Shown here one piece after another: positions 52,258 through 64,000 of a DNA stretch of 64,000 bases. A program made the position numbers and the translations under genes. The notes under the pieces are model-generated. The model was not told the DNA's origin, did not search any database, and saw only the letters and a list, made by a program, of their open reading frames with translations. Origin of the DNA: Octopus bimaculoides (taxonomy: Eukaryota); assembly GCF_001194135.2 (NCBI RefSeq), contig NC_068983.1:85640316-85704315 (forward strand), read 5' to 3'. The stretch's first letter is position 1; each line of letters opens with the position of its first letter.

Positions 52258-52872
52258 NNNNNNNNNNNNNNNNNNNNNNNNNNNNNNNNNNNNNNNNNNN
52301 NNNNNNNNNNNNNNNNNNNNNNNNNNNNNNNNNNNNNNNNNNNNNNNNNNNNNNNNNNNNNNNNNNNNNNNNNNNNNNNNNNNNNNNNNNNNNNNNNNNN
52401 NNNNNNNNNNNNNNNNNNNNNNNNNNNNNNNNNNNNNNNNNNNNNNNNNNNNNNNNNNNNNNNNNNNNNNNNNNNNNNNNNNNNNNNNNNNNNNNNNNNN
52501 NNNNNNNNNNNNNNNNNNNNNNNNNNNNNNNNNNNNNNNNNNNNNNNNNNNNNNNNNNNNNNNNNNNNTATATATATAAATATATATATACAGTGGTATA
52601 CAGGGCGATTAAATTTACTAACAATATGTTACTGGTACTTTATTTTATGGACCCACTATACCCTGGTTACCTCTACCCCGACCACCCTGAATAAATTATG
52701 AAATTGTCATCACTGTCATCATTGTATTCTCCCAATACTGCTGCTACGAACAGATTCAGGACTTCAGTTTATGATACAGTTAGGATAGACCGACAAGGCA
52801 TGGTTCACGATGTGTCATGTATGATGTCATGATGACATCTGCTGTAATAGTTTACTTGTGACACCTTCACAG

Positions 52873-52920
52873 CAAGCAGAACCACTTCAGGCAAGAGGCA
52901 TCTTCTATTCCAGTATGCTT
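52873..52920 (+). other. Candidate 48-nt exon (frame 0: QAEPLQARGIFYSSML)
   Basis: Acceptor GTGACACCTTCACAG, donor CTT|GTAAGT, all three frames open, in-frame length. Confidence 0.3.
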
Positions 52921-53108
52921 GTAAGTGTAAATCAGTGTGTTTGAGAGGGTGTAAATATCATCACCAACTCAAACACACATAGCACATACATAACACATAC
53001 ACGGACATGCATGCAAACTATATTACAATATGTGTATGTATGTAATGTAAATAAGTATCTATCTAACTATATATATATATACATACATACATACATACAC
53101 ACACACGC

Positions 53109-53143
<35 letters not shown>

Positions 53144-54640
53144 TATAAACACACATACATATATAAATATGTGTATACATATATACTTACATACAAATAC
53201 ATAACTAAATTTCATATGTACATACACATACATATAGACATTATATATGTATATATTATGCATGCATTTATTCATTAGCTCACACATTTGTTATGTGTGT
53301 GTATGTGTGTATAAATGTATGTATATGTGTACATATATAGATAATAATTTTCACTCAAAAATGATGTGATGTTTACTTGTTTTCAAAAATCTTGTGTGCT
53401 GTGGATTTTTTTCTGTTTATATTTTTATTTTTATTATTATATACATATATATATATATATATTTGCTTAATTTTATTTTATATCAAGCTAATGGCATAAA
53501 TATAAAAAACACAATAACAAACAATTATCATCAAATGGATCATCTTAGTCATGAACAATGAATGCTAAATGCTCTAAGTCAACCATATCTAAGCAGTTGA
53601 AAATCTATGAAGGTCAGAGATTGTTCTAACATGGTTGATTGTTTGTGTTTATTATAATAATTTGTGAGGTTTTTGTTTGTTTGCTTTTTTTTTTGTAAAC
53701 TTTTGCTTTAATTACTTTTCTTTGTTTTAATTTTATTGTTGCCTTTTGTTTTCTTGTGTATGTGTGTGTGTTCTTTGTTTCCATTGATTTTGCAAAAGAT
53801 TTAAAAGATTTCCATGTTGTTTCTGTCATTCAATGTACATAAAAGATTGTCATCTTACTTCCTGCATTTCTGTACAATAATTCTATTACATATATTCTTC
53901 ACCTGTCTATCTGCCTGCTTCAGGTTCACCATCCATCACTCCTCTTTCTCCCTACATCATCTACCCCTCTTCCATCCTCCCACACACCAGTCTCTGCTGT
54001 CTCTCTTTGATAAAATAGCATTTACAAGTGTTATGCCTAGATACAAAGAATAAGAGCTGTAAAATATCTCCCTCTGTCTCACTCTCTCTCTCTCTCTCTC
54101 TCTGTTTTTTTTTTCCTTTCTTCTCTATCACTCTCCTCTCTTTGTCACATATACATTTAATCAGTTAGACACACATGTATATAAATACACGCTCACAGAC
54201 ATTGCTCTCACTTGTAACACACATCCCATTCCCACATGTCTGCTTCAGTCATAGATTTTATGTCAACATAATTACATATTTCAATCAGGCACTATAATGC
54301 ATTGGTAAGCTCTTTGCAAATCAAATCTGAAGCCTGGTTTCAATTCCCAGCAGGAACAACTTCACTTTGCTTACGTCATCTTAATGCCTTTGAGTGAGGT
54401 AAGAAAATCACAACCTCCTGTTTTACTTCTCTTAATAAATATCAAGCTTCAGGACTCTCTAGAAAACAATTAGCAAGATTTTCTTTGGTCTCTGCTTCAA
54501 TTACACTGATGACAATTTCACTAATTATTCCTCCTGGGTCAATAAAACAAGTACAAGTTATACACTGAAGTTGATTTGATAACATTTTAGTTATTACCTT
54601 GTGAAAAAAGTATAAATAAGTACAAATTTTACCCCAGCTG

Positions 54641-54674
<34 letters not shown>

Positions 54675-54678
<4 letters not shown>

Positions 54679-55072
54679 CGCAGGAGTGATTGTGTAGTAA
54701 GTAGCTTGCTAATCAACCACATGGTTCCAGATGGCTCAGTCCGACTGCATGGCACCTTGGCAAGTGTCTTTTACTATAGCCTCGGGCTGACCAAAGCCTT
54801 GTGAGTGGATTTGATAGACGGAAACTGAAAGAAGCCTGTCATATATATGTGTGTGTGTGTGTATGTTTGTGCGTGTGTCCCCTCAACATTGCTTGACAAC
54901 TGATGCTGGTGTGTTTATGTCCCCTTTATGTTTAGCCCCTTGAGGGCAATAAAGAAATAAGAATAAGTACTAGGCTTACAAAGAATAAGTCCTGGGGGTC
55001 CACTTGCTCAACTAAAGGCGGTGATCCAGCATGGCCGCAGTCAAAATGGCTGAAGCAAGTAAAAGAAAAGAA
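54675..55072 (+). mobile_element. SINE family A, full-length
   Basis: Starts GGCGCAGGAGTG next to (TA)n. Confidence 0.9.
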
Positions 55073-56483
55073 TAAAAGAATATATACATATATATATATA
55101 TAATTATAAAATCTGGTAATTAGTCATATATTAATTAATATCGATTAATTATCAGGAGGCCAGCACATCTAAAGAATCAAAGAGATTCAGAAATATTATC
55201 TGCAATCTCAGGGGATTAAGGTACATTTTTCAAAAAATAACGTCGACCACTAACGTGGACAATTAATGCGCTAGAAATAGATCACATCTTGTGTCTATTA
55301 AGACCTAAATTCTTCTCAACATGAAATATAGCAGCATAGCAAAAACGTGAGCGGGCAAGACATTTAAGATCACCTAAAAAAGCATTATTAAACAGGAACT
55401 AGTTTCGGATTTAANNNNNNNNNNNNNNNNNNNNNNNNNNNNNNNNNNNNNNNNNNNNNNNNNNNNNNNNNNNNNNNNNNNNNNNNNNNNNNNNNNNNNN
55501 NNNNNNNNNNNNNNNNNNNNNNNNNNNNNNNNNNNNNNNNNNNNNNNNNNNNNNNNNNNNNNNNNNNNNNNNNNNNNNNNNNNNNNNNNNNNNNNNNNNN
55601 NNNNNNNNNNNNNNNNNNNNNNNNNNNNNNNNNNNNNNNNNNNNNNNNNNNNNNNNNNNNNNNNNNNNNNNNNNNNNNNNNNNNNNNNNNNNNNNNNNNN
55701 NNNNNNNNNNNNNNNNNNNNNNNNNNNNNNNNNNNNNNNNNNNNNNNNNNNNNNNNNNNNNNNNNNNNNNNNNNNNNNNNNNNNNNNNNNNNNNNNNNNN
55801 NNNNNNNNNNNNNNNNNNNNNNNNNNNNNNNNNNNNNNNNNNNNNNNNNNNNNNNNNNNNNNNNNNNNNNNNNNNNNNNNNNNNNNNNNNNNNNNNNNNN
55901 NNNNNNNNNNNNNNNNNNNNNNNNNNNNNNNNNNNNNNNNNNNNNNNNNNNNNNNNNNNNNNNNNNNNNNNNNNNNNNNNNNNNNNNNNNNNNNNNNNNN
56001 NNNNNNNNNNNNNNNNNNNNNNNNNNNNNNNNNNNNNNNNNNNNNNNNNNNNNNNNNNNNNNNNNNNNNNNNNNNNNNNNNNNNNNNNNNNNNNNNNNNN
56101 NNNNNNNNNNNNNNNNNNNNNNNNNNNNNNNNNNNNNNNNNNNNNNNNNNNNNNNNNNNNNNNNNNNNNNNNNNNNNNNNNNNNNNNNNNNNNNNNNNNN
56201 NNNNNNNNNNNNNNNNNNNNNNNNNNNNNNNNNNNNNNNNNNNNNNNNNNNNNNNNNNNNNNNNNNNNNNNNNNNNNNNNNNNNNNNNNNNNNNNNNNNN
56301 NNNNNNNNNNNNNNNNNNNNNNNNNNNNNNNNNNNNNNNNNNNNNNNNNNNNNNNNNNNNNNNNNNNNNNNNNNNNNNNNNNNNNNNNNNTGGGTATTCA
56401 TAGTTATCGCCAATCTAACATGGCAGTCCAGAAAAAATAGGACAAATGCTGCCATTGCATGGACTGTCATGTTGGCTTAGTGA

Positions 56484-56553
<70 letters not shown>

Positions 56554-57142
56554 AAGAATGAGTGAGAGAGCAAAACATGCATACATAAAGGCACTCTGTC
56601 AGTTGCGATGATGAGGGTTCCGGTTGATCTGATCAACCACTCAGTCTGCTCATGAAATTAACGTGCAATTGACTGAGTACTCCACAAACATATATGTTCT
56701 TAATATAGTCCTCAGGGAGATTCAGCATAACATGGAATGTGACAAGGCTGGTCCTTCAAATTACATGTACAACCCATATTTGCCAGCTCAGCTGAATAGA
56801 CTTGAGCAATGTAAAACAAAGTGTCTTGCTCAATGACACAATGTGCCACCAGGAATTGAACTCATGATTTTATGATCCTGAGCCAAATACCTTAACCACT
56901 AATCCATATGCCTTCACTCATGCACGTGCACACATGCATACATACATACATACATACATACATGCATGGATGTTGGCAAGGCCATATGGTTAAAAGTTCA
57001 CTTCCCAACCACATAGTTTTGGGTTCAGTCCCACTACATGACACCTTGAGTGTCTTCTACTATTGCCTGAAGCTTACCAAAGCCTTATGAGTCGATTTGG
57101 TTGATGGAAACCAAAAGAAGCAATTATTATGTATGTACGTGC

Positions 57143-57200
<58 letters not shown>

Positions 57201-58503
57201 TTGCATGTCTCATCAAATCATCCTAGATCTACAATAGATAGTATTGTTACGGGCATTTCGATTAGAATATCAAATCTTTCATCGAACGAAGAAATTTTTA
57301 ACCAACACATGCCAGTTTNNNNNNNNNNNNNNNNNNNNNNNNNNNNNNNNNNNNNNNNNNNNNNNNNNNNNNNNNNNNNNNNNNNNNNNNNNNNNNNNNN
57401 NNNNNNNNNNNNNNNNNNNNNNNNNNNNNNNNNNNNNNNNNNNNNNNNNNNNNNNNNNNNNNNNNNNNNNNNNNNNNNNNNNNNNNNNNNNNNNNNNNNN
57501 NNNNNNNNNNNNNNNNNNNNNNNNNNNNNNNNNNNNNNNNNNNNNNNNNNNNNNNNNNNNNNNNNNNNNNNNNNNNNNNNNNNNNNNNNNNNNNNNNNNN
57601 NNNNNNNNNNNNNNNNNNNNNNNNNNNNNNNNNNNNNNNNNNNNNNNNNNNNNNNNNNNNNNNNNNNNNNNNNNNNNNNNNNNNNNNNNNNNNNNNNNNN
57701 NNNNNNNNNNNNNNNNNNNNNNNNNNNNNNNNNNNNNNNNNNNNNNNNNNNNNNNNNNNNNNNNNNNNNNNNNNNNNNNNNNNNNNNNNNNNNNNNNNNN
57801 NNNNNNNNNNNNNNNNNNNNNNNNNNNNNNNNNNNNNNNNNNNNNNNNNNNNNNNNNNNNNNNNNNNNNNNNNNNNNNNNNNNNNNNNNNNNNNNNNNNN
57901 NNNNNNNNNNNNNNNNNNNNNNNNNNNNNNNNNNNNNNNNNNNNNNNNNNNNNNNNNNNNNNNNNNNNNNNNNNNNNNNNNNNNNNNNNNNNNNNNNNNN
58001 NNNNNNNNNNNNNNNNNNNNNNNNNNNNNNNNNNNNNNNGTCCTCTCGGCGGACTTTGTCCACAAACGTAGTGTATAAATGCGTAGTTAGAGATGAGGAC
58101 AAACAAAATAAGTTTTATATTGGAAGTTCAGTGAATTTTAAAGCCAGGTATAGGGCGCACATGAGTTCCTTTTCTAATGAGAAATATTATACTTCCACTA
58201 CACTTGCCTCTTACCTGCATGACCTCAAGAGGAAGAATAAGAAGTACTATCTTGAATGGTCAATCTTATCTAGAACCCCCCAATTTAGGGCTAATATTAG
58301 CAAGTGCTTATTATGCATTAGGGAATCCCTTTCCNNNNNNNNNNTAGGGCTAATATTAGCAAGTGCTTATTATGCATTAGGGAATCCCTTTCCATTCTTA
58401 GGTCTTTTGGGCTGAAAACCCTGAATAAGTTTATCGAGGTAATCCCTTTTTGCAATCATAAATTTTCCTCCACATATAAAAATAGAAATAAGAACAAAAA
58501 TAA
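57201..58503 (+). mobile_element. Penelope-like retroelement: RT thumb plus GIY-YIG endonuclease (middle hidden by a 721-N gap)
   Basis: HVSSNHPRSTIDSI...RISNLSSNEEIF before the gap. After it NVVYKC...KFYIGSS.NFKARYRAH..SF...STTLASY...CLLC, and after collapsing the 49-bp gap overlap TLNKFIEVIPFCNHKF to a stop at 58501-58503. Confidence 0.92.
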
Positions 58504-58842
58504 TAGTATTAGTACTGGTAATAATGGTAGTAATGGTGATGGTAATGATAGAAATAAAAATTAAAATGATAAGACAAAAATATTGATATTAAAATAATAA
58601 TAAAAATATGGATACAATGGTAGTATTTATTTTTTATTTATTTTTCATCATGGCTTACGTTGGATTTGAAACCTAATAGTTTTTAGTTACAAAACCTGCC
58701 TGACTATTCTAAAGGGTATACTAAAAATTAGATTTTTTTTTTTTTTTGGTCTGGTCCATATTATTATTTATTTAAGCTTGCTCTCATAATTATAATTTTT
58801 TTTTTGACTGGTGACTTCGTTGATGTCTGTGTGTCTTTTTTT

Positions 58843-58924
58843 TACCCTGAAGAAGTGGTTATCACCAATTTGTGCTCTATTGTGCACTAAATACGATGAT
58901 ATACCCCCGAAATGGCCATAGGTG
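58843..58924 (+). ncRNA. Type I hammerhead ribozyme motif with elongated stem II, in the Penelope 3' region
   Basis: TACC-CTGAAGA-(55 nt)-GAAA-TGGCC-ATA-GGTG. Core 58847-53, GAAA 58909-12, palindrome ATGGCCAT, AUA triplet, stem I TACC/GGTG; sense to the ORF, about 340 nt past the stop. Confidence 0.65.
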
Positions 58925-59771
58925 TTCTGTGTTTGTGTTCCACCTATACTTGTAATCCACTGTAAATGATGTTTATGGTTTGACTTTACTGATGTTACCT
59001 GCGGAATGGTGAAATATGGATTTTACTTTGGCACACATTGGATGTTCTGTTGTTGTTTTGTCCCGTGCGCTTCGGTATTCCTGTTTATGAAATTGGATTT
59101 TACCTACTAAATTTGCTGTCATGAATGACGTAGTTGAACTTTCGTACTATTTATCTTGAACTTCTTTTATTGGCTATTGGCCTCAGCGAATGAACTGTTG
59201 TGCTACGTTTCCCTATGTATTATTTTTTTCTCTATATTTTTTCTATATATGTATATATTTTTATTCTACTGTATTTGTACCAGTCTCTAATATTTTTAAT
59301 CAACTTTTAATCGCAGTTTATTTATTTATTTATATTATTCTATTGTATTTTTAATTGATTTTTATTCTTATGTATAAAAATTTTGACTTCCCTTTACTAA
59401 TTTGGTTTTGTGGTCTATGTTGTACTTCTTATATGTGGTCATTGGTGGGCTACAGCTTTTTGAGTCGATGACCTAACGGTTTTATTCTGCAATTAACTTT
59501 ATATATATATATGTGTGTGTGTGTGCATACACACGCACACACACACATGCACAAAGGGGTTCACATTGGCAATTTAACTTGAAAGTATCTCCATGTCACC
59601 CTGCATCTTTGGTTTAGTGGATTACTTAAAAGAAAGTATCCCAAGTAATTCAAATGGTGAGTATGGTGGTCCATACAGAGTTAAACAGTTTTCTATTGGT
59701 CCCAGTTACCTTGTATTATTTATTATATTATAGACTTTATATTTGGTAATAAACTACACTATTAAAACATG

Positions 59772-60127
59772 TGTAGTGACCAAGGAAGCCATATTTGCTT
59801 TCCGTAGCACTACTGTGCTAATGCGCAGCAACCAAATATGACTTTCCTGTATAGTGGTCAGGAAGCAAAATTTTGTCGCCGCGCATTAGCACAAAAGTGT
59901 TACAGCAACATCAGCCTATTACAGCTGGCTGCAGATTAATACATGGCAGCTTCCACCCAGCAGTGTTGTGCGCTGTTTTCAATTTAGTTAGTAGAAGGAC
60001 GCAGGATGACCAACACAGAATTTTCATTGCAAACGGCTCCTAGTTTCTCACTTCAACTTAGTGTTGTGAACACCCTTTTACAGTCCAGCTCCCTAAATGA
60101 AATTGATAACATGAATAATTCTTTCTC
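59772..60127 (+). repeat. Left direct repeat (candidate 5' LTR) with internal inverted duplication
   Basis: Starts TGTAGTGACC; collinear with 61877-62156 apart from an extra block of about 75 bp. Confidence 0.7.
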
Positions 60128-61420
60128 TTGTTGATTCTGGTGCTGCTGATAGTATTTGGCTGGTTAAATTCGCCAACCTCCGCTTTCTGCAATCACCCTG
60201 CAAGATGTGAACCACTCACCTATACAGACGTACAGTCAAAACTCCCTTTTCTTGGATTTGGCCCTGTGAAGAGATTTTAAATGGATTTTTATCATTGCCG
60301 ACCTGCCTTACCCAATCCTCAGTGTAGATTTTCTCCATCACTACTCTCTTCTGGTTGATGTTCATAAGCGGCGACTTCTAGACAGCACTACTGACCGTGC
60401 TATTTTTGGAAGAAAGTTGAGCAGCGTAGTATTCTTTATCACAGTGGTTGGAAACCCACATCACTCAATTTTGGACTCTTTCCGGGAGCTCACTTGAATT
60501 TCCAAGTGAGTGCATCTGCTCATACTACAAAAACATATATCTACAAAGGGTGCTCCAGTGTTTTCATATCCTCATCATTTGCCTCCGGAAAAGCTCAAAG
60601 TAGTCAAAGCCAAGTTTAATCACATGCTGCAGCTCAGAATCATCTGCTCTTCCACAAACCAATGGGCCTCACCCATGCACATGGTCCCTAAGGGCTCTTG
60701 CAACTGGAGACCTACAGGAGATTTCAAACATCTAAATGCTATCACCATTCCTGATAGGTATCCAATTCCTCATCTCCAAGATTTTGCTTCCTCACTGTTT
60801 GGATGTACTGTATTTTCCAAGCTTGATCTTGTGAGAGCTTATCACCAGATTCTTGACTATGCCATTTGGCCTTCAAAATGCTGCCAGCACATTTCAGCAG
60901 TTCATAGACGAAGTCATTCATGGAATGGATTTCATCTATGCATATATTGATGATCTTTTGATTGCCAGTTCTTCTGCTGAAGAACATGCTCAACATTTAA
61001 AGCTACTCTTCCAGCACCTTAACCAATTTAAAATGTGGATTAACCCTGCTAAATGTGTTTTGGACACATCCTCTCTTGTGTTTCTTGGCCACATCATTGA
61101 CAAAGAGGGCATTAGACCTCTTCCAGAGAAAGTGCAGGCTACTGAGGACCTTCTTCCTCCTACTTCCCTTCGCCAGTTGTGCTATTTCCTTGACTTGCTG
61201 AACTTTTATCACCACTTTATCCCTCACTGTGCTGAACTCCTGTCTCCACTTATCAAGCTCTTAAAGAATCGTTGTAAGAAGAATGAAGCTATTGCGTTAA
61301 CTCCGGCCAAGATGGAAGCTTTTGATGCTTTGAAACGTGACTTGCTAAAGCATCTCTATTCACACACCCTGTCTCCAATGTAAAGATTTTGCTTGTGGTT
61401 GATGCATTGGACAGCAATCA
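60118..61420 (+). pseudogene. Gypsy pol fragment: protease, RT and first RNase H strand
   Basis: LVDSGA protease, [94 protein letters not shown]; frameshifts and a short deletion after YHQI. Confidence 0.95.
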
Positions 61421-61876
61421 GTGCTGTATTACTGCTGTTTCCCAGTCATTTCATCAACAAAACTTTCAAGCGTCTTACCTTCTTTGAACTCTTTCAACAC
61501 GCCATCCTCTGAATTTGTGACATGCAAATTCAGATCCTTCAGTTTGACGTCTCTGAAGCCCTGCCCGCTCTGTCTTAACTTGGATTCTCAGCCTCAGTGA
61601 AACTCATTTTGACTACACTCTTCCAGCCACCATGAGGCGTTACATTCACTGGCTGATGTTAATCCTGCATCCACTTGCAGCACACCAGACACACACTTCC
61701 ATCACACCCACTTTCATCTCATTGGGCCCTAGCATGTACATATTTCTACTGACCACTCTCATGTTTGTACATTTTGCTTTTCTTGTTTTCTTTTTCCAGT
61801 GTTTGGACATTTGGTTTTGCATTTTTCTTCTTCCTTTTTTCTTGTTTATATCGACTTGTAGTCTGCAGTGAGTTAA

Positions 61877-62156
61877 TGTAGTGACCAGGGAAGCCATATT
61901 TAGTTGCCGTGCATTAGCACAGTAGTGCTATAGCAACTTCAGTCTATTAAAGCTGGCTGCAGATTAATACACAGCAGCTTCTGCCCAGCAGTGCTGCATG
62001 TTGATTTCAATTTAGTCAGAGGAAGGACGTGGGACAACCAACAAAGAATTTTTTCATCGTGAACAACTCATAGTGTCTCACTTTAACTTAGCATCACAAA
62101 CACCTTTTACAGTACCGTTCCCTCAATGCAATTGAAACCATGAATAATTCTTTCTC
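61877..62156 (+). repeat. Right direct repeat (candidate 3' LTR)
   Basis: Starts TGTAGTGACC, ends AATAATTCTTTCTC like the left copy; visibly diverged from it. Confidence 0.7.
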
Positions 62157-62369
62157 ATCCCAGCTAGCACAGACCAATTTATCACTGCAAGCTTATCACT
62201 GCTTATGACAGGTCCAATGTTTGATTCCCATGCTGGTATGGGTTGAAAAATCTGGATGCAAGAATGTCTCTATTTAAGTATATACATATGCACACACACA
62301 TATGCATATATCTTAGGGTTCCAGATGGGTTTATAAGGAAGTTGATGTGATTTTCATATTTTCATCCAT

Positions 62370-63290
62370 TTAGTTTGGGGAAGAATTTTGCTATGAAGTG
62401 TTGTTCCATATTTTTTCTGAAGGTGTCATTCCTTGGGCATTTATAGAAGGGAAAGATCTTGAATCTTCCTTCTCCACATGTTTCTAAGTGTTTACTTAGT
62501 GGAATTTTTTATAGCTCTCCCCGTCGGATATGTTGTTGGTGAATTCTGGCTTGTTGGCATAAAGAATTGTCAGTTTTCTCTATATAGTTCTCCTTGTATG
62601 TGGGACAGGTTATGCAATATATTAAGTTTTGAGTCTTGCAATTCATGCTTGCATTTATTTTGAATGTGTGTCCACTCTTAAATTTTATTTGGTTGTTTTC
62701 CTCTATATATTTGTAGATGGGGTTACTGCAGATCCCACATCTACTATTCCCACATTCTTTCACAAAGAATTCGGTTTCATTCTCTGATGAGAATTTTGCT
62801 CTTGTCAGTTGTTTTTTCAGGTTTTTCTCTTGGCATCTACTGTTTCTTATGCAGTATTTGTTTAATAAGTTTCCCATTTTGGGGCTTTATAGGACTATTA
62901 GTAGGTTTGATTGTATAATTTGAAACATGTTGGTAACTCCAGGGTTGGTGTGTGTTTATGAAAAGGATGATGTTTTCTTTGTTTTTCATTTTTGGTGTTC
63001 TGAGTTGTGTGATGTCTGGTTTCATTGCTCTTGAGATTCTGTTTTCTATTAATTTGAGTGGGTATTTCTGTTCTAGTAGGAAGTTTTTAAGTTCATTTAG
63101 TCTTAGTTGGCATGTTTGTGAGTTGACCACTATGCTGCATATGCATCTTGCCATACTATATGGATTGTTTTTACGTGGGATGGGTGGCAGAAGTAGAAAT
63201 TTAAATATTGGTGTGTGTCCTTCACACAATTTAAATCTGAAGATTCTCTTAGAGTAGATGAAAATATGTGATTTGTAAAAACATGACATG
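62370..63290 (-). mobile_element. Penelope-like element, Neptune-type (Zn-finger linker plus GIY-YIG), degenerate
   Basis: PYSMARCICSIV...LLEQKYP (thumb), KECGNSRCGIC, NCKTQNLIYCITCP...NYIE.T, RIHQQHIR...PLSKH...FPKLN; frameshifts. Confidence 0.85.
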
Positions 63291-63419
63291 TTAATAAATA
63301 TTTGTATATGTACAACCATCCAGATCTCTGAATACCTTATTTTTTCTAATATATAAATATGTATATATACATATATACACATATATATATCAGTGTGCAT
63401 GTACATCAGAGTATAAGCA

Positions 63420-63938
63420 TCATGAGAGAAAAGAGGCATCAGATATAGTGTGCTAGAGAGACAACTACACTGGTATGGTCATGTGATGTATATGGACAAA
63501 GACAGCTGTGTAAAGAAATGCCGATCTCTAACTGCGGAGGGAACCTGTGGAAGTGATAGACTCAGGAAGACATGGGACGAGGTGGTGAAGCATGATCTTC
63601 AAATGTTGGGTGTCACAGAGGTGATGACAAGTGACTGAGGCCTTTGGCAATATGCCGTGCTTGAGAAGACTTGCCAAGCCAAGTGAAATCATAGTTGTGG
63701 CTGATGCTGATGTCATGTAACTTGCACCTGTACTGGTGGTACATAAAAGCACCTGTTCTGGTAGCAAGTAAGAAGCATCCATTACACTCTTGGGGTGGTT
63801 AGGGTTAGGAAGGGCATCTAACTGTAGAAACCATGCCAAATCAGATTAGAACCTGGTGTAGCTCTCCAGCTTACCAGTCCCAGTGAAGCCGTCTAACTTA
63901 TGCCAGCATGGAAAGCAGATGCTAAATGATGATGATGA
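63420..63938 (+). mobile_element. RTE LINE 3' end with (GAT)n tail
   Basis: LHWYGHVMYMDKDSCVKKCRSLTAEGTCGSDRLRKTWDEVVKHDL, then the common tail ending GCTAAATGATGATGAT. Confidence 0.9.
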
Positions 63939-63939
63939 T

Positions 63940-64000
<61 letters not shown>

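Noticed and set aside
55388-56470. 360-aa ORF and other gap-spanning ORFs (18969-19544, 52214-52701, 57218-58106)
   Set aside because: Almost entirely X from N-gaps; only the 57129-58415 + frame has real Penelope content.
58345-58393. Exact 49-bp tandem duplication of 58286-58334
   Set aside because: It flanks a 10-N placeholder and removing it restores the ORF, so it is an overlapping-contig artefact.
1-64000. CRISPR arrays, rRNA, bona fide tRNA genes, prokaryotic operons
   Set aside because: None seen; tRNA-like A/B boxes are all SINE heads, and regular repeats are simple microsatellites or minisatellites.

Overview
Eukaryotic, AT-rich, repeat-dominated scaffold with ten N-gaps. The SINE families, long (CA)/(TA) microsatellites and RTE/Penelope content point to a coleoid cephalopod, most likely Octopus (inference from recalled repeat families, not from a search). 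There is no long intact host ORF, and most ORF-track entries are microsatellite or N-gap artefacts. Recognisable content: about 20 copies of a CORE-type tRNA-derived SINE, two other SINE families, several RTE LINE fragments, a CR1/L2 fragment, three mariner relics plus small MITEs, a rearranged Gypsy pol (PR-RT) between direct repeats, and three Penelope-like relics. Two CpG-retaining domains (about 9-16 kb and 42-48 kb) look like unmethylated promoter regions, and several small candidate exons lie in and around them, but I cannot identify the host gene(s). The best finds are two type I hammerhead ribozyme motifs with palindromic stem III. One (58843-58924) sits downstream of a Penelope GIY-YIG ORF. 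The other (25940-25998) sits inside a 417-bp non-coding element bounded by 31-bp inverted repeats that also carries a 99-nt hairpin. Repeat boundaries are read by eye and approximate unless a TSD or TIR is quoted.
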